A stretch of DNA of 64,000 nt, taken from assembly GCA_963710375.1 (NCBI GenBank), contig CAVPZX010000002.1, forward strand, positions 768,001-832,000, read 5' to 3'. Of this stretch, positions 54,583-64,000 are shown piece after piece. Every line of letters starts with the position of its first letter. The stretch's first letter is position 1. Made by a program: the position numbers and the translations under genes. The notes below the pieces were generated by a model. The model worked only from the letters and a program-made list of their open reading frames with translations. It searched no databases and had not been told where the DNA came from. This DNA comes from Nitrospirota bacterium (GTDB taxonomy: Bacteria > Nitrospirota > Thermodesulfovibrionia > Thermodesulfovibrionales > Dissulfurispiraceae).

Positions 54583-55800
54583 ATGACCTATAAATATCAC
54601 GCAATAGACAGTTTGGGTAAGTCGATGAGGGGCTTGATAGAGGCAGCCTCTATACCGGCTGCCGAAAATGCGATCGCTTCCGGAGGATTGATACCGGTCC
54701 AGGTCGCTGCTACAAAAGCAAAAAAAGGATATTCCGACAGCTGGCTTCAGAGGGTGACCTCAAAAGTTAAAGCCAATGACCTGATCCTTTTCTCTAAGCA
54801 GTTCCGTTCGATGTTCCGCTCAGGGATACCCCTGTTGCGTCTACTTGCGGTCATAGAACAGCAGACGGAGAGCCCTGCATTGAAAAAAGCAGCTGCTTCC
54901 ATGAAGGAAGATGTCAGGCAGGGAGCGTCGCTCAGGGATGCAATGGAGAGGCACCCATCCATCTTTTCTCCTTTGTATTGCGGCATGATGGGCGCCGGCG
55001 AGATGAGCGGCAATGTTCCCGAGGTGCTGGAAAGATTGACTTACATCCTGGAGCATGAAAACAGGGTGAAATCTGATATCCGTACTGCGCTCCAGTATCC
55101 TAAGATTGTTGTTGTCGCACTCGGAATCGCATTTTTCATCCTCCTGGCCTTCGTGGTGCCGAAGTTTGCAGCGATATTTGAAAAAGCACGCATTGAGCTC
55201 CCGCTTCCGACAAGAATTGCGATATCAATGCACCATGTCCTTCTGGGATACTGGCCTATTATGCTGTTGGGGATATTTGCCCTTGTTTTCGGACTAAAAT
55301 TATACTTCAAAACAGAAAACGGCAGGTTCGCAAAAGACTCCTTTCTTCTTCGTCTGCCGGTTTTCGGCCCCCTCTTCATAAAGGCTGCAATGTCCCGCTT
55401 TTCGAGCATCCTTGCTATACTGATATCAAGCGGCATACCCATAATGAATGCTATGACGATTCTTTCCGAGACTATCGGAAACTCGGCCATATCCCGCGCC
55501 TTTAATTCAATCAGGGACCAGATGGAGGAGGGAAAGGGTATCGCAGGGCCGCTGACAAGTGCGAAGTTCTTTACTCCCATGGTGGTCAACATGGTTGCCA
55601 TAGGGGAAGAGTCCGGCAATCTTGAAGGAATGCTCAGGGAAATCACAGTGCATTACGACGAGGAGGTAGAACATTCAGTAAAAGGGCTGTCTGATTTGAT
55701 AGCACCGGTGCTGACAGTTGCCCTGGCTGTGGTTGTCGGTTTCTTTGCGTTGGCAATATTCCTGCCGATGTGGGACCTGACCAAGATTGTCGGACATTAA
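54583..55800 (+). CDS. pilC: Platform protein PilC/MshG (GspF family)
   Basis: GEMSGN, ALQYP, LPLPTR, GEESGNL and AIFLPMW motifs. Confidence 0.92.
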   Translation: MTYKYHAIDSLGKSMRGLIEAASIPAAENAIASGGLIPVQVAATKAKKGYSDSWLQRVTSKVKANDLILFSKQFRSMFRSGIPLLRLLAVIEQQTESPALKKAAASMKEDVRQGASLRDAMERHPSIFSPLYCGMMGAGEMSGNVPEVLERLTYILEHENRVKSDIRTALQYPKIVVVALGIAFFILLAFVVPKFAAIFEKARIELPLPTRIAISMHHVLLGYWPIMLLGIFALVFGLKLYFKTENGRFAKDSFLLRLPVFGPLFIKAAMSRFSSILAILISSGIPIMNAMTILSETIGNSAISRAFNSIRDQMEEGKGIAGPLTSAKFFTPMVVNMVAIGEESGNLEGMLREITVHYDEEVEHSVKGLSDLIAPVLTVALAVVVGFFALAIFLPMWDLTKIVGH

Positions 55801-55901
55801 GGCTGCGAGCGTCGTGCTTAAGTGAAGCTTTTGGTAGCTTTTTGTCTTGGACAAATGATATAAAACTTAACTAGAATCGATCCCAAAAGGAGAAAATATC
55901 T

Positions 55902-56324
55902 ATGAACAACATGAAGAAAACTCTCAGGAATCAGGAAGGTTTTACCCTTATTGAAGTTATCGCTGTAATGGTAATAATCGGCATTTTAGCGGCTGTTGCT
56001 ATTCCAAAATATATTAATATGCAGACTAATGCCCAGAATGCAGCAGCACAGGGCGCATTGGGTGCAGCTGCGTCAGGCGTATCTTTGGCTTACGCCAACT
56101 GCATAGTAAACGGCTTGACACCTAGCGCCATAACAGCCACTGGTGGTTTTACGGGTACAGGGACTGCCTGTGCTGCCTCTGCAGGAACAACTTTTGGTGA
56201 TTTTACTGTAACATATCCTACTGCCACATGGCCGTCAGTATCAATTACATTAAGCACAACAAGTCCAGCATGGTTGAGCGCAGTACCCACTGCAAGCCTT
56301 AGTAAACTTTTAGTTTTACAATAA
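55902..56324 (+). CDS. Major type IV pilin (MshA-like)
   Basis: NQEG|FTLIEVIAVMVIIGILAAVAIPKY; strong RBS AAAGGAG; two Cys; Thr/Ser-rich head. Confidence 0.88.
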   Translation: MNNMKKTLRNQEGFTLIEVIAVMVIIGILAAVAIPKYINMQTNAQNAAAQGALGAAASGVSLAYANCIVNGLTPSAITATGGFTGTGTACAASAGTTFGDFTVTYPTATWPSVSITLSTTSPAWLSAVPTASLSKLLVLQ

Positions 56325-56442
56325 CTGTAATTTTGCGAGCGTGTGTAACTTGCTCAATTCGGCCAATTGCGCAGGCAGCACCGTCAGGTTTTTTGGTGTT
56401 GTTCACATATGACGCTTTGGCAAATTTACGTGAATTTTGGAG

Positions 56443-58894
56443 TTATTTCAGCTTAAGACGCGCACAGGCGTCAGGGTCCTTGAGGGCGCAGCCCCTTCGC
56501 AAATCAGTCAGAGCCTCTTGAGTTCTCACCTGTCCTGAGATAAAGTTTCCCCCGGTCTGTGTAGGCAACGGCGAGATTGGGGTCCAGTGAGAGCGCTTTA
56601 TTGAAGTCTGCAAACGCATGATCAAATTCTTTTAATTCCGAATAAGCGAGCCCCCTGCTGACATAAGTGGGGGCATATGCAGGGTTGAGTTCGATCGCCT
56701 TTGTATAGTCCCCAATCGAACGGAAGTAATCTTTTTTGGAATAAAAAGAGAGACCCCGGCCGTCATACAATGCAGGACTTTTATCGTATAATGCAATAGC
56801 CCTGGTATATTCCCGAATAGCGAAATCATACTGCCCCAAATAATTATAAGCAACAGCAGACTTGTAATGAGCTACTATGTCTTTTTGATCAATTCTGACT
56901 GCTGAGGCGAAATCGGCAATAGCATTTGCGTATTCTTTACGTGCCATAAACATTTCCCCCCTGTTACGGTAGGCGTCTGAATCGTATGGAAAGTCGCGTA
57001 ATATTTTGCCGAACAACTGCATTGCTTCATTATATTTCCCATTACGGCCATAACACACAGCGAGGGCATAAAGCGGTCCTTCAGAATGTGGATTCATTGC
57101 AAGGGCCTTGAAAAGGTTATCCATAGCAAGCGATGGTTCTCCTTTTTCAAGATACGCTATGCCCATTCCTGTATAGGTCTTTGAATTTTTTTGTAGGGCA
57201 TCTGCTTTGGCAAAGTTTTCGAGGGCAATTTCATATTCCTTTTTCAGCAGGAATGCCTCTCCCTTGTTATGCCAGGCTAATACAGATTTTGGGGAGAGAA
57301 TGAGAGCCCTGTCAAGCGCCTCAAGGGCCTTATCAGGCTGATTTACGGCAATATAGGCATTGCCCATATTGTTCCAGGCCTGGCTGCTATTGGGGCTCTT
57401 CTCAGTGACATCTTTCCAAAAGGCAACCTTGTTTGACCAGACATCGTTCCTTGCATAGGTCATCCCGAACAATACGGCGATTACCACAAAGCAGAGCTGA
57501 AGCAGCATTCTCCTTTCCCTGTCGAATCTTATACGCTCTGCGACCACGAACAGGGCTGTACAGAGCGCTATGAAAAAACCGGCCGAAGGCAGATACAGCC
57601 TGTATTCATCGATGAGAGTAGGCAAGGGTATAATGCTCGATTCAACCGAGAGCGTCATAAAATACCAGAGTATACCGAACCCGATAAGGCGAAACTCAGG
57701 ACTGAGGCCAGAGGACTGAGGACTGAGACGCGAGGACTGAGAGATGAGGACTGAGGACTTAGCAGAAAGGTTTTGGTCTTCGCGCTTTGCTCTCAGTCCT
57801 TCGCCCTCAGTCCTTGTTCTTTTCGCAGTCTTCTTCACCAAGTATACCCCAAGGACAAAGAGCGCTGATAAACATATGAACGACAGCATCACCTGCGGAT
57901 TGAAGAATGATTTATAGAGGGGATAATCATAAATAAGGGTCTGGTTTACAGGCACAAACATCAATCTGAGATAAGTAATAATTACCCTGAATTGGGTAAA
58001 GAAATAGGGCCAGCGCGGCATCTCCGGGTATCCTACGTCGGCCACCGCCACCGTGGCCATTATCTGATGAAGATGTTTGCCCGACCCCATCATTGTCCGG
58101 ATGATTGTCAGAGGCACGATGCATGAAGTCAGCAACAGAGGAGCGAGATAAAGTAGCCGCTGAAAAAAACTGACGCGGGGATGCGGAGACGCGGAGACAC
58201 GGGGATAAGGACTGAAAAAGCAAAACTCATATAAAGTGATCACAAAAGGCAGGGTAAAGGCGTTCTCCTTTGTCTTCATGGCTGCGATCGAGGATAAAAT
58301 CGAGAGGGCGTAAAATATATACCGGCTTTTTTTACCGGCGGATAAGCGCCAACATGCATAGGAAACAATCGACAGGAGGTAAAACAGTGCGGCCAACGAT
58401 GCCAGCCGCTGAAAAACATAAGTCACAGCTTCAGTTTGGATGGGATGTATTGCAAAAAGCAGAGAGATTGAAAATGCGATAGCTTTCGACTTCTCGCTTA
58501 ACCGGGAGTCCCGTAAAAATGGAGACCTGAATGTAAGCAAAACAAGGAAGTATATAAGCGCGGCATTAATTAAATGTATACAGACATTTACAATATGGTA
58601 ACCCAACACAGCGAAGCCGTGGAGTTTATAGTTGACTGCAAACGTAAGATAGCCTAAATACCTTATTATGAAGCCGTCATAAAACGTAAGTCCCGCTGCT
58701 TTTGAAGGCTCCAGAAAATAGGTCAGATTTTTGATAATCGGATTTTCACGAAGAAAAATGTCTTCATCCCACTGAAAAGGGGCATTAAAGGTATTGGAGT
58801 ATGCCAAAAAACCGATAACAGCAATCAGCAGAATATGGAAAACCGGGTTACCAGGAATATTCTTTTTTATGGTTTGTGCGATTTTTCTCAGCAT
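56443..58894 (-). CDS. TMTC-like (GT-C) membrane glycosyltransferase with C-terminal TPRs, +1 frameshift at ~56525
   Basis: PFQWDE, HIVNVCIH, FAIHPIQTEAV, LRLMFVPVNQTLIYDY and EYRLYLPS motifs, then many TPRs; likely true tail QEALTDLRRGCALKDPDAC. Start is uncertain. Confidence 0.8.
57699..57813. repeat. Nine degenerate GGACTGA heptamers plus inverted copies, in frame inside the TMTC-like gene
   Basis: 57699-57761 is 63 bp; tcagtcc copies lie at ~57791-57813. Confidence 0.85.
58172..58211. repeat. Five degenerate GACGCGGA octamers inside the TMTC-like gene
   Basis: gacgcggg gatgcgga gacgcgga gacacggg gataagga; encodes SPYPRVSASPHPRVS. Confidence 0.8.
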
Positions 58895-59017
58895 CCGGCG
58901 GTAATCCGAAACAGTTGATATCTCCAGGCTTCCAATAGATTTTATTATACCATTTGACAGTGTTACCGGACAATTTACAATTGCTTCTCTGACTAAAACA
59001 ATTATAAAATTAACTAT

Positions 59018-59485
59018 ATGGCTTTTTTGAGCTCGAAGACCAAAACCGGATCGCATCAAGCCGGCTTCACCCTGATCGAGGTGATTGCGGTGATGATTAT
59101 TATAGTTGTTATAGCCGCAGTGGCGATTTCAAAGGCTACATCCACTTCCGCATACAGCGTTACATCCGAGGTTGCGATACTTAAGAAAAATATCCGTTTC
59201 GCTCAGATCAAATCATTAGGTGACGTGTCTCCAAATACCTGGGGGATAAACATAGGCAGCAATTCTTATACTCTTCTGAACAACGGCTCGACAGCTTCAA
59301 TAAATCTTCCCGGAGAGAGCTCTCCAACTCATACGTTCACAGGCAGCGTGGCTGCTAATCCGGCGGCTATAATAACGTTTGATAATTGGGGAAGCCCGGG
59401 CGCAGCTAACAGCACTATTACGCTTACCGGCGGCTCTCAGACTGCAACAATCACGGTGACGGAAAATACAGGGTTTGTACCGTGA
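59018..59485 (+). CDS. Minor pilin (MshC/FimT-like)
   Basis: QAG|FTLIEVIAV; ITFDNWGSP; ITVTENTGFV. Confidence 0.85.
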   Translation: MAFLSSKTKTGSHQAGFTLIEVIAVMIIIVVIAAVAISKATSTSAYSVTSEVAILKKNIRFAQIKSLGDVSPNTWGINIGSNSYTLLNNGSTASINLPGESSPTHTFTGSVAANPAAIITFDNWGSPGAANSTITLTGGSQTATITVTENTGFVP

Positions 59486-59949
59486 AGAGGCCAGAGTCAA
59501 GAGTCTTTAGTCAAAACGGAAGTGGGTTTACACTTATAGAAGTGATAATCACTATCGTCGTTGTCGCTGTCCTTGCGACTATGATATATTCCTATTTCAG
59601 TACAGCCATAACTCAAAGCTCAACCCCGGTGAACAGGCTGGTGACTGCGTTGCAGTCCCAGACAGTCATGGAGAATATAACTGCCGACTGGATGGACCCT
59701 TCGCATCCGCAAAATACCTCTTATCTTACCAGTTTAAGCGTTAATATTGGACCCGAGGGTTCGTCAAACCATACACCTGCTTACGGGCAATACACGGTTA
59801 TTGACAACCATTTCATAACCTGGAACTCTAACAATGACGTTCAAACCGGGGCGAGTAATTGTCTGAAGGTGACGGTGCAGGACAATCTCGGTGAGACACT
59901 CACGGAAATATATGTTGCTCAAAATATCGGGTCCGCCAATTGCAACTGA
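59482..59949 (+). CDS. Minor pilin (MshD/PilV-like)
   Basis: SG|FTLIEVIITIVV prepilin motif. Confidence 0.82.
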   Translation: MKRPESRVFSQNGSGFTLIEVIITIVVVAVLATMIYSYFSTAITQSSTPVNRLVTALQSQTVMENITADWMDPSHPQNTSYLTSLSVNIGPEGSSNHTPAYGQYTVIDNHFITWNSNNDVQTGASNCLKVTVQDNLGETLTEIYVAQNIGSANCN

Positions 59950-59962
59950 AGGACAAAAGGTC

Positions 59963-60511
59963 ATGACGCACTACAACAGTAAACATCAATGTCGTAAGCG
60001 GGATGTGTCATTCAACGAGAATGGTTTCACCCTGATCGAGATGATCCTGGTTATTGTGATCCTTGGGATTATTGTTATCATAGCAGGCGTTGGCATAGTC
60101 AATGTGACTAATGGCCTGCTACTGACAAACCAAACTGCCTTAACGGTTCTGAAAGCACAGGCCGCTATGACCAGGATTCAAAAAGAGATGTACATATTAA
60201 ATTCGGTCGCTACCGGTAATTCGAATTCGATTACGTTTACGAACGATAAAGGAGGAGGCTCGGCCACTTATACGCTGTCCCAGTCCGGTAATAGCATTAT
60301 CCTTAGTGACGCTAACGGTAACAACGACACCCTCATCGACAGCGTAGTAGCATCCACTTTTTCATTGACATATAACAATACGTATAACGGAACGCCAGGG
60401 TCAACGTTTATTCCCTCAACAACCAAGATCATTAATGTCAGCTTCACCCTGTCAGGCTATGGCGGAGCGCAGAGTACATTTAACATGCGTATCAGGCCAA
60501 GAAGTTTATGA
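59963..60511 (+). CDS. Minor pilin (MshO/PilW-like)
   Basis: NG|FTLIEMILVIVILG; start placed at ATG 59963. Confidence 0.82.
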   Translation: MTHYNSKHQCRKRDVSFNENGFTLIEMILVIVILGIIVIIAGVGIVNVTNGLLLTNQTALTVLKAQAAMTRIQKEMYILNSVATGNSNSITFTNDKGGGSATYTLSQSGNSIILSDANGNNDTLIDSVVASTFSLTYNNTYNGTPGSTFIPSTTKIINVSFTLSGYGGAQSTFNMRIRPRSL

Positions 60512-61792
60512 CCATGGATAGTAAACATCAGAATCGGGGAAAAAGCAAAATCGGGAGCCGGAGAGGGTCCATTCTAATAGGATTGGTCATTACCCTGCTT
60601 ATTATGGTGATTGCCGGCGTTGCAACCGTTTATTTGACCACAGGCTCAACATACACTGAGATCCTGAAAAACAATAATGTGAAAGCTTACTATCTTGCAG
60701 AGTCAGGCGGTCGGGTTGCCTACCCTCTCATATACTCGGATTTGCTTAATGGGAATCAGACAAACATGCAGGCCCTGTTTGGGACCAATTTATCGAACAC
60801 TCCTACCTATACCCTTTCAACCGGAACGTTCACCCTTTCCATTAGCAACGTTACCTCTACATCAGCGCTTCTAACTTCTGTTGGCACAGTCAATTCAGGT
60901 AGTTGGCTTCAAACCAAGAGAAATGTCGTATATTCAGTTGGTGCTGTGCCAGTGTCTGGCAGCGGTCCAAGTAACAGCCCCAGCAGCAGTTTTTACAATC
61001 AGACTAATTTCAACAACGATTGGATTACCGGACCTGGCACGACGGCATCGCCGGGCACAAGCACCGGACCTTCCGCAGGAACTGCATTGATGTTTAAAGG
61101 GGGCAGTGGTTTCATTGCCATGAATTGGACGGCCGGAAGTGTTGTTCCTTCGTCTTACGATATCCAGCTGAAAATTAACGTAAATGCTCAAGGAAGTCAC
61201 GGAAAGTTTTACCTGTTAGGTCTGTCATTCCGCCTGAGCCTAGACAGACTCAAATAATCCTCAAAATTGTTATGGTATTTCATTTTTTAGAAACGATGGG
61301 TCCGCCCCGTCCTCCTGGCCTTCTTCTTTGGTTACCGCACTGAGTAGCATCCCTGGTTCTGCTAATGAATACATAGTGTTATGGAAGGAGATCAACGGGA
61401 CATATTCTTTAATCGATTACAGACAGTTAACCCAAAGTGACGGCGTTTTGAATTCTGATGGAACATTGGCAACTTGGTCTACTATCATCATTACACTAAA
61501 TCAGACAATTGCTGGTGGTTCGAATAGTATATCATCTTATATTGCTGGACCTGCGACATATCCATACGGAACGGTCAATTGGCAATTTTCTAGTTTTACG
61601 CCAGTATCCTGGCATGCTAACGGGACTAACCCAATTGTGGATAGTTCTCTCACAACAGCGCAAGCTCCTGAAATAGGGATTCACAGCTTCTATGATAGCA
61701 ATGCTGCAAATGACCAGTTTTTTGCTGATTTCACAGTGCTTCCGACAAGCAGTGGAAACGGAGGAACCGGAAGCTCACAGCAGTATTATTAG
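60508..61792 (+). CDS. PilX/MshP-like minor pilin with a large C-terminal domain, +1 frameshift at ~61248
   Basis: RRG|SILIGLVITLL (no Glu5) and KAYYLAESG; the halves join on deleting one base; span is 1285 = 3n+1. Confidence 0.75.
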
Positions 61793-61924
61793 AGAACAAG
61801 CAGGGTTGTGGTTCCACATAGGAAGTAGCCCTTCAATCACTTTGAGAGGCAACCGGGTAATGCACCCGATACTGTTTCCCCCTGATCTTGAATCATCCCT
61901 CTTTAATCCTGTATCCTTTAATCT

Positions 61925-62887
61925 ATGCTAGGCGTGATACTTTTAAACTTGGGCGGTCCTGATTCTATAGATGCTGTCAGGCCGTTCCTCTATAACCTTT
62001 TTTCTGACAGGGACATAATCAGGCTCGGGCCCTCATTCCTCCAAAAACCGATAGCAGCTCTCATAATCGGGATGAAGCTCGGAAAGACGCTGGCTGCCTA
62101 TAACATGATCGGCGGCAAATCTCCCCTGCTTGATATTACGTCAGCTCAGGCAAGGACACTGGAGGAAAATCTCAATGCCACCGTAGCCTCGCGACAGGCG
62201 AAATTCAGGGTATACGTCGGAATGCGTTACTGGCATCCGTTTACTGAAGAGAGTCTTGAACAGATGCACAAGGAAGGGATAACCCGGATAATTGCGTTGA
62301 GCCTCTATCCGCACTACTCTTTTGCGACAACCGGTTCTTCCATTAAACATTTCAAAGACGCTGCTGCAAAATATTCTTTTGAATATTCCTGCATCACCTC
62401 CTGGTTCAATCATCCTCTCTACATAGACGCACTCGCAGAACAGATTGAGGAGGGGCTGAAGGGTTTCGACACTAAACCTGCCGTGCTGTTCAGCGCCCAC
62501 AGTCTCCCGCAGAAACTTGTCACTTCAGGAGATCCCTATGTAAATGAAATCCGGGGCACCATTGATGCACTCACTAAAAGAATGGACCTTCAGTGGTACC
62601 TCTCCTACCAGAGCAAGACCGGCCCTGTCAAATGGCTTGAGCCCTCTACGGAACAGATGCTCCATGAACTTGCCGGCAAAGGAATAAAAGACCTCCTCGT
62701 AGTGCCGATCAGCTTTGTGTCCGACCACATTGAAACTCTATATGAAATAGATATACTATACAGAGAGATGGCAAAGCATCTCGGAATTACCCTCAGGCGC
62801 ACTGAATCGCTTAATACGTCCGCCAAATTTATAGAGGCGATTGCAGATATCGTAATAAAAAAAGTTGCGGACTCCGGATGGATTTAA
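61925..62887 (+). CDS. hemH: Ferrochelatase
   Basis: LLNLGGP, GGKSPL, MRYWHP, FSAHSLP and SFVSDHIETLYEID motifs. Confidence 0.95.
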   Translation: MLGVILLNLGGPDSIDAVRPFLYNLFSDRDIIRLGPSFLQKPIAALIIGMKLGKTLAAYNMIGGKSPLLDITSAQARTLEENLNATVASRQAKFRVYVGMRYWHPFTEESLEQMHKEGITRIIALSLYPHYSFATTGSSIKHFKDAAAKYSFEYSCITSWFNHPLYIDALAEQIEEGLKGFDTKPAVLFSAHSLPQKLVTSGDPYVNEIRGTIDALTKRMDLQWYLSYQSKTGPVKWLEPSTEQMLHELAGKGIKDLLVVPISFVSDHIETLYEIDILYREMAKHLGITLRRTESLNTSAKFIEAIADIVIKKVADSGWI

Positions 62888-62890
62888 ACC

Positions 62891-64000
62891 ATGCCTGAAT
62901 ATGAAGTAATCGTTATAGGGGCCGGCATCAGCGGATTGAGTTTTGCTCACTACTGCGGCAGGACAGGAATGAAAACTCTTGTCCTCGAAAAGGATGAACA
63001 TGTAGGCGGCACACTGCATTCCCATAGCTTTGAAGACACTGATGGGTTTTGGTTGGAACTGGGCGCACACACCTGTTACAATTCATATCGAAACTTGCTG
63101 GGGATTATAGAGAATTGCGGCATTCTCGACCAGTTGGTCCACCGTGAAAAAGTGCCCTTCAAAATGCTGGTTGACAGCCGGATAAAATCCATTCCGTCGG
63201 AGCTCAATTTTTTAGAGCTTCTACTTTCGGCGCACCGGTTTTTTACACTAAAGCCCGGCGGTCAAAGCGTTGAATCATACTATTCCAGGATCGTCGGCTG
63301 TTCAAACTTTGGGCGGGTTATAGGTCCTGCGATGGATGCAGTAATATCTCAAAAATCAAATGAGTTTCCTGCAGACATGTTATTTAAGAAACGCCTGCGC
63401 AGAAAAGACATCGTAAAGAAATTCACCTTGACAGGCGGTCTTGGGTCAATTGCCGACGCTTTAGCATTACAAAAGAATATCGAGATTGTTAAAGGAAAAG
63501 TGCGTGCGGTTACATCTAAAGGCCGTGGGTTCGAGATCACTACCGACAATGCGCTTTACTATGCGGACATTTTGGCAATGGCAACACCGGCATCTGTAAC
63601 AGCACGGCTATTGCAAGAATCCTTCCCAGGCGTATCGGCAAAATTGTCACAAATTAAGGTTGAAGCGGTCGAGTCAGTAGGAACAGCTCTCGATAACGGG
63701 ATAGTTTCTATCGCACCAGTTGCAGGACTGATTCCGTATTCCGACAGTTTCTACTCTGTTGTCACCAGAGATACTGTTCGTCATTGCAAGTATAGAGGCT
63801 TTACGTTCCATTTCAAACCCGGTCTTGTAAGCCTCGAAGGCAAACTCAAGCGCATTGCGGAGGTGCTTGGGGTAAAGCAGGAACAGCTTGCGCATGTTGT
63901 CGAAAAAGTGAATTTTGTCCCGTCTCTCAAAGTCGGCCACAACATATTGGTCAGCGCGATAGAAAAATCCATTGCAGGCAGCCGTCTCTTCCTGACAGGT
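62891..64000 (+). CDS. FAD-dependent oxidoreductase, HemY/protoporphyrinogen-oxidase-like (partial, runs off the window)
   Basis: MPEYEVIVIGAGISGL Rossmann motif, LEKDEHVGG and ELGAHT; directly after hemH. Confidence 0.75.
   Translation, partial: MPEYEVIVIGAGISGLSFAHYCGRTGMKTLVLEKDEHVGGTLHSHSFEDTDGFWLELGAHTCYNSYRNLLGIIENCGILDQLVHREKVPFKMLVDSRIKSIPSELNFLELLLSAHRFFTLKPGGQSVESYYSRIVGCSNFGRVIGPAMDAVISQKSNEFPADMLFKKRLRRKDIVKKFTLTGGLGSIADALALQKNIEIVKGKVRAVTSKGRGFEITTDNALYYADILAMATPASVTARLLQESFPGVSAKLSQIKVEAVESVGTALDNGIVSIAPVAGLIPYSDSFYSVVTRDTVRHCKYRGFTFHFKPGLVSLEGKLKRIAEVLGVKQEQLAHVVEKVNFVPSLKVGHNILVSAIEKSIAGSRLFLTG

Noticed and set aside
55801..55901. Dedicated sigma54 promoter for the major pilin
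   Set aside because: No TGGCA-N6-TTGC-type -24/-12 box; only a possible extended -10 (TGATATAAA).
55902..56324. Conductive e-pilin
   Set aside because: The mature pilin is 127 aa with 9 aromatic residues (~7%) and lacks the Geobacter-type aromatic pattern.

Overview
A 64 kb window of mostly core bacterial chromosome. Gene content suggests an anaerobic diderm, possibly Nitrospirota/Thermodesulfovibrionia or Desulfobacterota; this is an inference. Left to right: a 1.7k-aa TpsA/filamentous-haemagglutinin-type exoprotein; a Crp-family regulator and degP; uvrB; purF-aminopeptidase-cutA-Cys-rich ORF; hisD; a YihY-family gene; an MdtABC/OMF RND pump; a ~14.5 kb acetate/carboxylate island (SLC5-STAC kinase with a sigma54 regulator, DUF294-CBS protein, OFA-type MFS, two acs paralogues, DUF485-actP); gyrA; an ABC-2 pair; two paralogous lipoproteins; ahpC; a ~15 kb MSHA-like type IV pilus cluster with a TMTC-like glycosyltransferase gene on the opposite strand among the pilins; hemH; and a HemY-like oxidase running off the end. 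No CRISPR array, rRNA, tRNA or intact transposase was recognised. Best leads: (1) a ~115-130 bp sigma54 promoter cassette (tandem palindromic UAS, IHF-like site, -24/-12 box) present three times, before degP, the secretin and pilC; (2) six genes carry a +1 frameshift, and in five of them one deletion restores AGCT within AGCTC/GAGCT, suggesting a DNA-modification footprint in long-read data; (3) a TMTC-like enzyme beside Ser/Thr-rich pilins; (4) an unannotated CbrX-like 53-aa membrane peptide and a CbrAB-like sigma54 system apparently serving acetate genes; (5) an acs paralogue with an altered acyl pocket.
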